DNA from: Sphingosinicella sp.
GTDB taxonomy: Bacteria > Pseudomonadota > Alphaproteobacteria > Sphingomonadales > Sphingomonadaceae
Reading direction: 5' to 3'
NCBI RefSeq assembly: GCF_013911755.1
Contig: NZ_JACESP010000014.1
Location: 33,639-97,638, forward strand
Length of the DNA stretch: 64,000 nt
Position numbers and translations under genes: made by a program
Shown: in pieces, positions 53,800-63,991 of the stretch
How the letters are laid out: each line of letters opens with the position of its first letter
Position numbering within the stretch: the first letter of the stretch is position 1
The notes under the pieces: generated by a model
Databases searched by the model: none
What the model saw: the letters and a program-made list of their open reading frames with translations, nothing else
Told to the model about the DNA's origin: nothing

Positions 53800-53825
53800 A
53801 AATAAGTGGATGCCCCGCGAGGATT
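53800..53825. repeat. att direct repeat, right copy
   Basis: Identical to 42057-42082. It overlaps the 3' end of tRNA-Gln (53807-53825). Confidence 0.88.
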
Positions 53826-53880
53826 CGAACCTCGATTGACGGAGTCAGAGTCCGTAGTCTTACCATTAGACGACAGGGCA
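53807..53880 (-). tRNA. tRNA-Gln (CTG)
   Basis: Reverse complement folds as acceptor UGCCCUG/CGGGGCA (U1-A72), anticodon loop CUCUGAC, T arm CGAGG-UUCGAAU-CCUCG, with encoded CCA. Confidence 0.9.
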
Positions 53881-54084
53881 CCAATGGGCGGCGGGAGCCG
53901 CCCGATAGCGGTGGGCGTAATATGGGGGCCGCCGCGCAATGTCAAACGGTCTGATGCGTGCGCGTTGTGCGTGCGTCGCGTGCGCGGAGGTTGCGGATTT
54001 TCCCAAAAGGGTGCTAGCCTCGCTTTCAAGTGAACGGTGGATGCTCTTTCGGCTCTCCACCGTCTTGATTGCAGGGCGACCATC

Positions 54085-55140
54085 ATGCCTTTCGACGTGA
54101 ATACCGCGCCCGACACGGGCGTACCTGACTCACCGTCGCCGCCCGCCAGGGGCGACATCGGACAGACGCAGCGGCGTGCCTATGCCGCGCTTGACCTTGG
54201 CACCAACAATTGCCGCCTCCTGATCGCCCGCCCCGCGCGCGGCGGGTTTTATGTGGTGGACGCCTTCTCGCGGATCGTGCGGCTGGGCGAGGGGCTGATG
54301 GAGACCGGGCGGCTTTCGGACGCCGCGCAGGACCGTGCTGTCGCCGCGCTCAAGGCCTGCGCCGAGAAGATCCGCCGCCGGGGCGTGTGGGTGAGCCGTA
54401 ACGTCGCGACCGAAGCCTGCCGCCGCGCAAGCAACCGCGACGCCTTCGTGGACCGCGTGTTCGCCGAGACCGGCATCGCGCTCGACGTGATCTCGCCCGA
54501 AGAGGAGGCGCGGCTCGCCGTGCTCGGCTGCCAGACGCTGCTCGACCGCAGCGGCGGACACGCGCTCGTTTTCGACATCGGCGGCGGCAGCACCGAGATC
54601 ATCCTTGTCGAGATTGGCGCGGGCGGGCGCGAGCGCATCGTGAGCTGGGCGAGCGTGCCGTGGGGCGTCGTTTCGCTCACTGAAACGGAGCCGACGCACT
54701 TCGAGACCACAGAGGAACGCGAGGCCGCCTATGCGCGGATGATCGCGCGCGTGACCGAGCATCTCGCCGGCGCGCGGGAACATCTGCACCCGCCATGCAG
54801 CCCAGAGGCGCTGCAGCTTCTGGGCACATCGGGCACCATTACCACGCTCGCGAGCCTGCACCTCGGCCTCGCGCACTACGACCGACGCCGCGTGGACGGC
54901 TGCAACGTGCCCGCCGCGGCGCTTCGCGAGGTGGGTGTTTCGCTGTCGCGCATGGCGCACGCCGAGCGCGCCGCGCTCGCCTGCATCGGCAATGAGCGCG
55001 CCGACCTTATCATCGCGGGATGCGCCATTCTTGACGCCATCCTCGCTATGTTCCCGGCGCGCGAGGTGTGCGTTGCCGACCGCGGCATCCGCGAAGGCAT
55101 TCTCCGCACGATGATGCGGCGCGACGGGCACAGGCTTTAG
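54085..55140 (+). CDS. Ppx/GppA-family phosphatase
   Basis: ASKHA phosphate motifs [14 protein letters not shown] and [14 protein letters not shown] 54085 was chosen. Confidence 0.85.
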   Translation: MPFDVNTAPDTGVPDSPSPPARGDIGQTQRRAYAALDLGTNNCRLLIARPARGGFYVVDAFSRIVRLGEGLMETGRLSDAAQDRAVAALKACAEKIRRRGVWVSRNVATEACRRASNRDAFVDRVFAETGIALDVISPEEEARLAVLGCQTLLDRSGGHALVFDIGGGSTEIILVEIGAGGRERIVSWASVPWGVVSLTETEPTHFETTEEREAAYARMIARVTEHLAGAREHLHPPCSPEALQLLGTSGTITTLASLHLGLAHYDRRRVDGCNVPAAALREVGVSLSRMAHAERAALACIGNERADLIIAGCAILDAILAMFPAREVCVADRGIREGILRTMMRRDGHRL

Positions 55141-55141
55141 C

Positions 55142-55881
55142 ATGGCAAACGGTGTCGGCGGCCGCTCCGTGGGCGGCAAGGTGCGGGTGAAGACGGCGCG
55201 GCGACGTTCCGCGGCCTCGACGCGCTGGATCGAGCGGCAGCTCAACGATCCCTATGTGAAGGCGGCGAAGTCGCAGGGCTATCGCTCGCGCGCTGCGTTC
55301 AAGCTGCTTGAGCTCGACGAGAAATACCATTTTCTGCGCGGGGTGCGCCGGGTGGTCGATCTTGGCGCGGCGCCCGGCGGCTGGTGCCAGGTGCTGCGCG
55401 AGAAGCACCCCAAGGCGGCGGTCGTTGGCATCGACCTGCTGGAAATGGAACCGCTGGCGGGCGTGACCTTCCTGCAGATGGATTTCCTTGCCGATGAAGC
55501 GCCGGACGCGCTGAAAGCCGCGCTCGGCGGCGCTGCGGATCTTGTGCTGTCGGACATGGCGGCAAACACCATCGGCCACAAGCAGACCGACCATCTGCGC
55601 ACGATGGCGCTGGTGGAGGCGGGGCTTCATTTCGCGTGCGAGATCCTTGCGCCCGGCGGCACGTTCGTCGCCAAGGTGCTGGCAGGCGGCGCCGACCATG
55701 CGCTTGTCGCAGAATTGAAACGCAATTTTCGCACGGTGAAGCACACCAAGCCGCCCGCGAGCCGCAAGGATTCGTCCGAATGGTATGTGGTGGCGCAGGG
55801 TTTCAAGGGAACAGCGTTGCCCGGGGAGGGTTCGAGTGGCAGAGCCGCGGACGAAACCGGCTTCGTGCAAGAGGAGAATTC

Positions 55882-55885
<4 letters not shown>
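55142..55885 (+). CDS. rlmE: 23S rRNA (uridine2552-2'-O)-methyltransferase
   Basis: [34 protein letters not shown] and SAM site [11 protein letters not shown]. Confidence 0.9.
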
Positions 55886-56852
<967 letters not shown>

Positions 56853-56856
<4 letters not shown>

Positions 56857-57701
56857 GCACCATGAACGTCGCCGCGCTCCAGCTTCCGCTCGGGGGCGAT
56901 ATCGACACCAATATCGCCCGCGTCAGCGAACTCGTGCGCGAGGCGGCGGCGAAGGGCGCGAAGATCATCCTGCCGCCTGAGCTTTTCGAAGGGCCGTATT
57001 TCTGCCAGGTGCAGCACGAGCGCTTCTTCGCGACGGCGAAGCCTGTAGCCGAACACAAATCGGTGCTGGCGATGCAGGCGCTCGCGGCTGAGCTGAAGGT
57101 CTATATCCCGACGAGCTTCTTCGAGGCGGACGGGCCGCACTATTACAACACGCTCGCGATGATCGACGACAGCGGCAAGGTGATGGGCACCTACCGCAAG
57201 AGCCACATCCCGGACGGCCCCGGCTATACGGAGAAGTTCTATTTCCGCCCCGGCAACACCGGCTTCAAGGTGTGGCCGACGAAGTACGGCACGGTCGGTG
57301 TCGGCGTCTGCTGGGACCAGTGGTATCCGGAAACCGCGCGCGCGATGATGCTGATGGGCGCGGACGTGCTGTTCTTCCCCACCGCGATCGGCGACGAACC
57401 GGCGGCGGAGGAACTCGACACCTCGCGGCTGTGGCGGCGCGCGATGATCGGCCACGCGGTTTCGAACGTCGTGCCGGTGGTCGCCGCGAACCGTATCGGC
57501 AGCGAGGACGCGATGAGCTTCTACGGGCACAGCTTCATCACCGACGAACGCGGCGATTTCGTTGCCGAGTTCGGCGCTGCCGAAACGGGCGTGCTGACGG
57601 CGGAGATCGACCTCGACCGCGTAAGGAAGCACCGCGCGGCGTTCGGCTTCTTCCGGGATCGGCGGCCTGAGCTTTACGGGCGGCTGACGCAGGACATCTG
57701 A
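56853..57701 (+). CDS. aguB: N-carbamoylputrescine amidase
   Basis: CN-hydrolase triad contexts PPELFEGPYF, YRKSHIP and VGVCWDQWYPE. ATGA overlap with aguA. Confidence 0.88.
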
Positions 57702-57708
57702 AGCGGGC

Positions 57709-58287
57709 TCACCCCGCCAGCACTTCGTCCCAGAACGCGGCTTCGGTATCGAGCATCCGCTCGATGTAGGCTGCATCGCGCGCAATCTCGATATGCTGAG
57801 GCGCACGGCCCGGAACCCAGCACCAGAAATCGATGCGGGCATAGCCGGTGACGGCAAGGATGTGCTGAAGCTGGCCGTAGTAATAGCGCGGCACTGCCCG
57901 CTTTTCGGCGCTGTGCGCGTAGGTCTTGTCGCCGCACTTGATCTCGACCACTGCGCCTGAAGTGAAGCAGATGCCGTCCACGCTGGCGCGGAGCCATTCG
58001 TAGCGATTGCTTTGCAGGCAGGCGGGTGCGACGTTGCGGCCCGTATGGCCGGCATAAAGCCGCCGCGCTTCGGGCTCCAGCGCGTTGCCGCGAGACGTTG
58101 CGGCATTGCCGCGCCACTGCGAGACCACCCCCGCCAGCGCGTCGATCTTTTCCTTGAGCAGTCGCTTGCGGCTCTTCCAGGGGTTCTCGCCCATCACGGC
58201 GGGCGCATCGGACGCGCCGAGGCCGCCGCTTCGCCAGCGCAGCCAGCGCGCATTGCCCTGATCGAGTTCGATGACCGAGAACGGCAT
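57709..58287 (-). CDS. YqaJ/lambda-exonuclease-like PD-(D/E)xK nuclease
   Basis: GLGASDAPAVMGENPW N-terminal YqaJ motif and D...EIK (ASVDGICFTSGAVVEIKCG). ATG 58287 was chosen. Confidence 0.7.
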   Translation of the reverse strand: MPFSVIELDQGNARWLRWRSGGLGASDAPAVMGENPWKSRKRLLKEKIDALAGVVSQWRGNAATSRGNALEPEARRLYAGHTGRNVAPACLQSNRYEWLRASVDGICFTSGAVVEIKCGDKTYAHSAEKRAVPRYYYGQLQHILAVTGYARIDFWCWVPGRAPQHIEIARDAAYIERMLDTEAAFWDEVLAG

Positions 58288-58291
58288 CGGG

Positions 58292-58945
58292 CTAAGCCGC
58301 CGTTTCGAGCGCCATGCGGAACACATCCTCGAACATCGGCGCGGTCAGCCGCCCGGTATTCGTATTGTAACGCGAGCAGTGATAGCTGTTCAGCAGCACC
58401 TGCCCGCTGGGCAGCACATGGCGCGCGCCGTGCCCGAACTTGTGATGCGTGGGTTTGAGCCCGAAGCTGCGCAGCGTCGATTGGTGCGCGATGAGCCCGA
58501 GCGCGATAAACGCGCGCACGCGGGGCAGCGCGGCGATCTGTGTTTCAAGGAAGGGCCGACAGGTGTGCATTTCCTCGGGTGTCGGTTTGTTTTCCGGCGG
58601 CAGGCACTTGACCGCGTTGAGGATGATTGCGCCCTTGAGGCGGAGGCCGTCGCCCGGATCGGCGGCATAGGTGCCGTTCGAAAGCCCGAACTTGGCGAGC
58701 GTCGCATAAAGGAGGTCGCCCGCATAATCGCCTGTGAACGGCCGCCCGGTGCGGTTCGCGCCGTGCTTGCCGGGGGCAAGGCCGATGACCGCGAGCCACG
58801 CATCGGGATCGCCGAAAGCGGGGACGGGCGCGTTCCACCAATCGGGATATTCGGCGCGGCATTCATGGCGGAACGCGACGAGGCGGGGGCAGCGCGGGCA
58901 ATCGCGCGAAGGTTCGGTGGCGGGAAGCGGGCTTTCCATCGGCAT
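58292..58945 (-). CDS. uracil-DNA glycosylase, family 4
   Basis: CPRCPRL Fe-S cysteines, GLAPGKHGANRTGRPFTGD and HCSRYN. Confidence 0.85.
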   Translation of the reverse strand: MPMESPLPATEPSRDCPRCPRLVAFRHECRAEYPDWWNAPVPAFGDPDAWLAVIGLAPGKHGANRTGRPFTGDYAGDLLYATLAKFGLSNGTYAADPGDGLRLKGAIILNAVKCLPPENKPTPEEMHTCRPFLETQIAALPRVRAFIALGLIAHQSTLRSFGLKPTHHKFGHGARHVLPSGQVLLNSYHCSRYNTNTGRLTAPMFEDVFRMALETAA

Positions 58946-58968
58946 GGATTTCCGATTAAGCGGCGCGC

Positions 58969-59493
58969 ATGGGCTTAGCAACCGCCGCAACGTCAGCCGA
59001 AACAGCGATCGTGATCGCCCTCGGCTCGAACCGTCCGCATGGGCGCCACGGACGTCCCGCGGAGGTGGTGCGCGCCGCGGTGAAGGCGCTCGGCGCGGCC
59101 GGGTTTCAAGCCGGTGCCGTGTCGCCGATCCTGAACACGCGCGCGGTGGGGCCGGGCGGCCGCGACTATGCCAATGCCGTCATGACGTCATCCTCGGCGC
59201 TTACGCCGCCGCAGATCGTCGCCGCGCTGAAAGCGGTGGAACGCAGCTTCGGACGCCGCCGGGGGCAGCGCTGGGGCGCGCGTGTGCTCGACCTGGACCT
59301 CATCGCGTGGGGCGGCGGCGTGTGGCCGGGCCGGCTGCTCTGGCGGCAGTCGCGGGGTGTTGCGGCGCCGCACCGATCCATGCACCTTCGGGCCTTCGTG
59401 CTGGCACCGATGCTGACGGTCGCGCCCGAATGGAGGCACCCTGTTATCGGCCTCACTGTGCGCCAGATGCACGCGCGCCTCAGAAACGGTTGA
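58969..59493 (+). CDS. folK: 2-amino-4-hydroxy-6-hydroxymethyldihydropteridine diphosphokinase
   Basis: IVIALGSN, RWGARVLDLDLIAWG and PHRSMHLRAFVLAPM are typical HPPK motifs. Confidence 0.85.
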   Translation: MGLATAATSAETAIVIALGSNRPHGRHGRPAEVVRAAVKALGAAGFQAGAVSPILNTRAVGPGGRDYANAVMTSSSALTPPQIVAALKAVERSFGRRRGQRWGARVLDLDLIAWGGGVWPGRLLWRQSRGVAAPHRSMHLRAFVLAPMLTVAPEWRHPVIGLTVRQMHARLRNG

Positions 59494-59544
59494 CCGAAGC
59501 CCCCGCGCTCCATAGATCAGCCCCGCACACGCCACGCGGCGCAA

Positions 59545-59620
59545 GGGCCCTTAGCTCAGTCGGTAGAGCAACTGACTTTTAATCAGTAGGTCGCTGGTTC
59601 GAATCCAGCAGGGCTCACCA
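59545..59620 (+). tRNA. tRNA-Lys (TTT)
   Basis: Acceptor GGGCCCU/AGGGCUC, anticodon loop CUUUUAA, T arm GCUGG-UUCGAAU-CCAGC, with encoded CCA. Confidence 0.92.
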
Positions 59621-59892
59621 TCGCGGTTTCTTCCAATTTGCGTTGCCCGGCATCCGCATACCGTCAATTTGAAAATGGCCCGACCGCTGGGACGGCCGGG
59701 CCAGTCAAACTGGGATGTAAACAACGCGAGAATAAGAAACTCGCGCGGTCGTGCTGCTTGCACAGATGCGCAGCACTATCAACATGCTATTGGAACGGCG
59801 TCGCAACGTCCGGCCGGGAACCGCGCCTGGGTGCCGTTTTTGGGGCGGTCTGTAACTGGACCTGACGATCACTTGGGTTAAGCCCGCATAGC

Positions 59893-60294
59893 TTAACCCG
59901 CCGTCCCCATCCCATCGCAGTCCAGCCCGAACGCGGCCAGCCCCGTTTCGAGGAGCGAGGCCAGCATCGGGGTGCGCATGAGGGCGTCGGGGATGTCTGA
60001 AATCTCGTCGGTGACGATGGCGAGGGCTTCATCCCATTCGGCGGCGTCGTAGTCGCCAGCGCCGACCAGCATCAGCGTGTAGAGCTCGGTGTGCTCGTCG
60101 TCGTTCAGATCCTCGATCATGCTGCGCAGTTCTTCCTCGACAGAGGTATTCGAGGAGTCTTCGAGAACGTCCACGGCCTTGTCGTCGGCCATGTTGGAGC
60201 TGTCGTCGGGATCGACGGCGGGGACCTGTGCGTCGTATTCGCGTGCCCTCAGCACGATGCGGCATACGTCTTCGAGAGAAATCGTCAGTTCCAT
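59893..60294 (-). CDS. DUF3775-like acidic protein
   Basis: 133 aa from ATG 60294 (MELTISLEDVCRIVLRAREYD). The family assignment is from memory. Confidence 0.65.
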   Translation of the reverse strand: MELTISLEDVCRIVLRAREYDAQVPAVDPDDSSNMADDKAVDVLEDSSNTSVEEELRSMIEDLNDDEHTELYTLMLVGAGDYDAAEWDEALAIVTDEISDIPDALMRTPMLASLLETGLAAFGLDCDGMGTAG

Positions 60295-60393
60295 CGTGCG
60301 CTTCCGATCCTTGCCTTCGAGTCGCGGCTTGTTCACGAACCAACCATGCCACAGCGGCCCGGCGGTTTCTTGAGCCGCATCAAAGAGAACGGT

Positions 60394-61335
60394 TCAGGCG
60401 GCGCAGAGTTTCGCTTTGGCCGTGTCGTATTCGCGTTTCAGGCGCGCGACGAGCTCTGCGGCGGGCAGCACGGCCTTCACCGCGCCGATGCCCTGGCCGC
60501 AGCCCCAGATGTCCTTCCAGGCCTTTGCGCCGGTGTTGCCGCCGCTGCCGAAGTCCATCTTCGAAGGGTCGCTCGTCGGCAGGTTCGCGGGATCGAGGCC
60601 CGCATTCACGATGGATGGGGCGAGGTAGTTGCCGTGCACGCCGGTGAAGAGGTTCGAGTAGACGATGTCTGACGCGCGGCTATCGACGATCATCTGCTTA
60701 TAGCGCTCGTCGGCGCGCGCCTCCGTCGTGGCGATGAAGGCCGAACCGATATAGCCGAAATCCGCGCCCATCGCCTGTGCGGCGAGGATGGCGCTGCCGC
60801 TCGCGATGGCGCCTGAAAGCGCAACGGGGCCGTCGAACCACTCGCGGATTTCCTGAACGAGCGCGAAGGGGGAAAGCGTTCCCGCATGGCCGCCCGCGCC
60901 CGCGGCGACAGGAATGAGGCCGTCCGCGCCCTTTTCGATGGCCTTCTTTGCATACGCGCCAGTGATGACGTCGTGGAAGACGAGGCCGCCGTAGCTATGG
61001 ATCGCCGCATTCACATCCTCGCGCGCACCGAGCGAGGTGATGATGAGCGGCACCTTGTATTTCACGCAGAGCGCGAGGTCGTCCATCAGCCGGTCGTTCG
61101 ACTTGTGGACGATGAGGTTGACCGCGTAGGGCGCGTCCTTCTCGGTCAGCTCGCTCGAAAGGCGCTGCAGCCATTCCTCGAACTGCGCCAGCGGGCGGGC
61201 GTTCAGCGACGGGAAGCTGCCCACGATGCCCGCGCGGCACTGCGCAATGACGAGATCGGGGTTCGAGATGATGAACAGCGGCGACCCGATCACCGGGATC
61301 GAAAGCCGCCCGTGAAACAGCGCTGGCATGGTCAT
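60394..61335 (-). CDS. nitronate monooxygenase-family (NMO) flavoenzyme
   Basis: 313 aa from ATG 61335. IPVIGSPLFIISNPDLVIAQCRAGIVGSFP and IPVAAGAGGHAG are NMO-like. The upstream 94 codons of the track ORF were rejected. Confidence 0.85.
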   Translation of the reverse strand: MTMPALFHGRLSIPVIGSPLFIISNPDLVIAQCRAGIVGSFPSLNARPLAQFEEWLQRLSSELTEKDAPYAVNLIVHKSNDRLMDDLALCVKYKVPLIITSLGAREDVNAAIHSYGGLVFHDVITGAYAKKAIEKGADGLIPVAAGAGGHAGTLSPFALVQEIREWFDGPVALSGAIASGSAILAAQAMGADFGYIGSAFIATTEARADERYKQMIVDSRASDIVYSNLFTGVHGNYLAPSIVNAGLDPANLPTSDPSKMDFGSGGNTGAKAWKDIWGCGQGIGAVKAVLPAAELVARLKREYDTAKAKLCAA

Positions 61336-61349
61336 GGCCTGAGTCCCCC

Positions 61350-62582
61350 CTATGATGCGGCCGGGAGCTCCTTCAGCGGTGTGCCGGCATCGGCGAGACG
61401 GGCCGGATCGATGACCGCTCCTTTTTCGACGAGTGCACGCCCCTGAATGAAATCCTTCGCCGCACTGATGCAATCGAGCGCGATGACCCGGCCACCCTTC
61501 AAATAGATAAGGCTGAAGCTGCGCGCGCTTGGCTCGCCGCGCAAGACGGTCGCGTCGTGGCCTGTCGAGAGGCCCACGGTCTGGAGACGCAGGTCGTACT
61601 GGTTGGACCAGAACCACGGCGTGGCCGTATAAGGCTGGGGGGTGCCGAGGATTGCGGCGACCGCCGTCTTCGCTTGATCGACAGCGTTCTGCACCGATTC
61701 GAGGCGGATGCGCGCGCCGTCCGCGAAGCGGTTCTCGTGGCTCGCGCAGTCGCCGATCGCATAGATGTGGGGCAGGGTCGTGCGGCAGAAGGCATCGACA
61801 TCGACGCCGTTGCCACCGCTCGCGCCCGCGTCGAGAAGCGGCTCGACCGAGGGGATGAGGCCGATACCCACAATGACGGCAGCGGCAGAAAGCCGCTCTC
61901 CCCCCGCAAGGCGCACCGCCGTGACGCGGCCGCCTTCGGTTTCCAGCGCCTCAATCGCGACGGAGAGGCGAAGATCGACACCATGGATGCGGTGCTCTTC
62001 CTCGTAGAAGCGCGACACTGGCTCACCCGCCACGCGCGCCAGCACGCGCGGCAGCGCTTCGAGCAGCGTGACCTTGTGACCCTGTTTGACGAGGACCGCG
62101 GCCGCTTCAAGCCCGATGTAGCCACCGCCGATGATGACGACCGGACCGCCGCCTTCAAGGTCGGCGCGCAGCGCGTCGACATCGGCGATCGTGCGGATCA
62201 TGTGGACGTTGTGGCTGTCGGCACCGGGAAGGGGTAGGGGGCGCGGACTGCCGCCCGCCGCCCATATGAGGTCGCCATAGCCGAGATGCTCACCCGCATC
62301 GGTGGTAACGGTGCGTGCTTCCGGGTTCACCGTGACCACGCGCGTGCCGAGGTGCAGGGTGACGTTCTTGTCGGCCCAGAACGCCTCGGGGCGAAGCAGC
62401 AATCGGGCGGCTTCCTTTTCACCGGCGAGATAGTCCTTGGAGAGCGGGGGGCGCTCGTAGGGCGGAACCGCTTCGGCGCCGACCATCGTGATGGTGCCCG
62501 TGAAGTTCGCCATGCGCAGGCTGATAGCGGCCTGGGCGGCGGCCTGTCCCGCGCCCACGATCAGAACGTCGCTCGTGCTCAC
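61350..62582 (-). CDS. NAD(P)/FAD-dependent oxidoreductase (ferredoxin/rubredoxin reductase-like)
   Basis: FAD site VLIVGAGQAA, NAD site VVIIGGGYIGLEAA and AIGDCA. Confidence 0.85.
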   Translation of the reverse strand: MSTSDVLIVGAGQAAAQAAISLRMANFTGTITMVGAEAVPPYERPPLSKDYLAGEKEAARLLLRPEAFWADKNVTLHLGTRVVTVNPEARTVTTDAGEHLGYGDLIWAAGGSPRPLPLPGADSHNVHMIRTIADVDALRADLEGGGPVVIIGGGYIGLEAAAVLVKQGHKVTLLEALPRVLARVAGEPVSRFYEEEHRIHGVDLRLSVAIEALETEGGRVTAVRLAGGERLSAAAVIVGIGLIPSVEPLLDAGASGGNGVDVDAFCRTTLPHIYAIGDCASHENRFADGARIRLESVQNAVDQAKTAVAAILGTPQPYTATPWFWSNQYDLRLQTVGLSTGHDATVLRGEPSARSFSLIYLKGGRVIALDCISAAKDFIQGRALVEKGAVIDPARLADAGTPLKELPAAS

Positions 62583-63577
62583 TCTTCATCCCCATAGATA
62601 TGAACGGCGAATTCTCCGCCGGAGGTGGCGCGCCCGCGATACATGCCGGGCGTGTTGAAGGAAAAGGCCGAAGTGCCGTCGGGCGCCACCGCGATGACGC
62701 CCCCCGTGCCGCCGAGCGTCTTCACCTCGTCCTGCACGGCGTTCGCGGCTGTTTGCACGTCGTCGTTGCCGAAGCGCATCCGCGCGCAGATTTCGTGTGC
62801 GACGCCCACGCGGATGTAAAACTCGCCCGAGCCCGTCGCCGAGACGGCGCAGCCACGGTTGTCGGCGTAGGTGCCTGCACCGAGCACGGGCGAATCTCCG
62901 ACGCGGCCCCAGCGCTTGCCGGTGAGGCCGCCGGTAGAGGTGGCGGCGGCGAGATTGCCGTGCGCGTCCTTCGCGACGGCGCCCACGGTGCCGTACTTCA
63001 CCTCTGCATCGAACGCGGCGCCAGTTTTCGCATTTTCCTTCATCTTCTGAAGCTGCTGCCAGCGCTCCTCGGTACGGAAGTACGACGGATCGACCTGGTC
63101 GAGGCCACGCTCGCGCGTGAAGCGGTCCGCGCCGGGGCCTTGCAGCATGACGTGCGGGCTCTTTTCCATCACGGCCCGCGCGGCACTGATCGGATTGCGC
63201 GTGCGTGTGAGGCCGGCGACGGCACCGGCGGCGCGATTGCGGCCGTCCATGATGGCGGCATCGAGTTCATTCACGCCTTCGTAGGTGAAGACCGCCCCGC
63301 GACCAGCATTGAAACCGGGGTCGTCCTCCAGCACCTTCACGGCAGCTTCCACGGCATCAAGCGCGCTGCCGCCGCCGGCGAGCACGGCCTTGCCCGCTTC
63401 GAGCGCCGCGGAGAGCCCGGCGCGCCGCCCGGCATCCTGCTCTGGCGTGATCTTGCCGCGTTCCATCCCACCGGCGCCGCCGTGGATGAGGAGCGTCCAG
63501 TCCTGCATTGCATGTGCCTCGCTTGAAAGAAAAACACCTGAGAGCGCTGCGGCGAGCGCGAACGAACGCAATGTCAT
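62579..63577 (-). CDS. isoaspartyl peptidase / L-asparaginase (Ntn hydrolase)
   Basis: Signal peptide, then LLIHGGAGG, with autoprocessing Thr context KYGTVGAVA. 4-nt overlap with the oxidoreductase gene. Confidence 0.85.
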   Translation of the reverse strand: MTLRSFALAAALSGVFLSSEAHAMQDWTLLIHGGAGGMERGKITPEQDAGRRAGLSAALEAGKAVLAGGGSALDAVEAAVKVLEDDPGFNAGRGAVFTYEGVNELDAAIMDGRNRAAGAVAGLTRTRNPISAARAVMEKSPHVMLQGPGADRFTRERGLDQVDPSYFRTEERWQQLQKMKENAKTGAAFDAEVKYGTVGAVAKDAHGNLAAATSTGGLTGKRWGRVGDSPVLGAGTYADNRGCAVSATGSGEFYIRVGVAHEICARMRFGNDDVQTAANAVQDEVKTLGGTGGVIAVAPDGTSAFSFNTPGMYRGRATSGGEFAVHIYGDEE

Positions 63578-63726
63578 CGGCTGATCTCTCCCCACGGTCC
63601 CCCGCTACGATGGCGCACGGCTTAGCCAGCGCCGGGCCCAAGCGCAACCATGCTGCACGGACGATTGACCGGGGCAGCCCCCCACGCCTATATGACCCCC
63701 GCTTTCGGGCCGAACAGGTCTTTCGG

Positions 63727-63803
63727 GGCGGAGTAGCTCAGTTGGTTAGAGCAGCGGAATCATAATCCGCGTGTCGGGGGTTCAAGTCCCTCCTCCGCTA
63801 CCA
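63727..63803 (+). tRNA. tRNA-Met (CAT), elongator-like
   Basis: Acceptor GGCGGAG/CUCCGCU (G1-U72 wobble), D arm GCUCAGUUGGUUAGAGC, anticodon loop AUCAUAA, T arm GGGGG-UUCAAGU-CCCUC, with CCA. Confidence 0.85.
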
Positions 63804-63939
63804 ACCCGGATTGTCCACCAGTGACCCACTGAGGCCACTGGCAGACATTTTTCGAGGAAAATCAAATATTTTTCGCGTCCCGTTGCGTACGCCGGCGTCC
63901 CGGTGCGACCGGCTGCGGCCACCCACGGCGATTTGGATT

Positions 63940-63991
63940 GGGGGTATTTTGGGGGTATTTTTCGGCTGTCCCCAAAACAGGCGATACCCCC
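63940..63991. repeat. tandem and inverted GGGGGTAT(TTT) repeats downstream of tRNA-Met
   Basis: GGGGGTATTTT occurs at 63940-63950 and 63951-63961. Inverted CCCCAAAA (63970-63977) and ATACCCCC (63984-63991) follow. The region is AT-richer than the flanks. Confidence 0.5.

Larger units (their letters stand above)
42057..53825. mobile_element. integrative genomic island (phage-satellite-like or prophage remnant) inserted in the 3' end of tRNA-Gln
   Basis: Bounded by a perfect 26-bp direct repeat. Contains a tyrosine integrase, AlpA/Xis-like gene, toprim primase, RepA-like helicase and tape-measure gene. By eye it is AT-richer in patches than the flanks. Confidence 0.8.
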
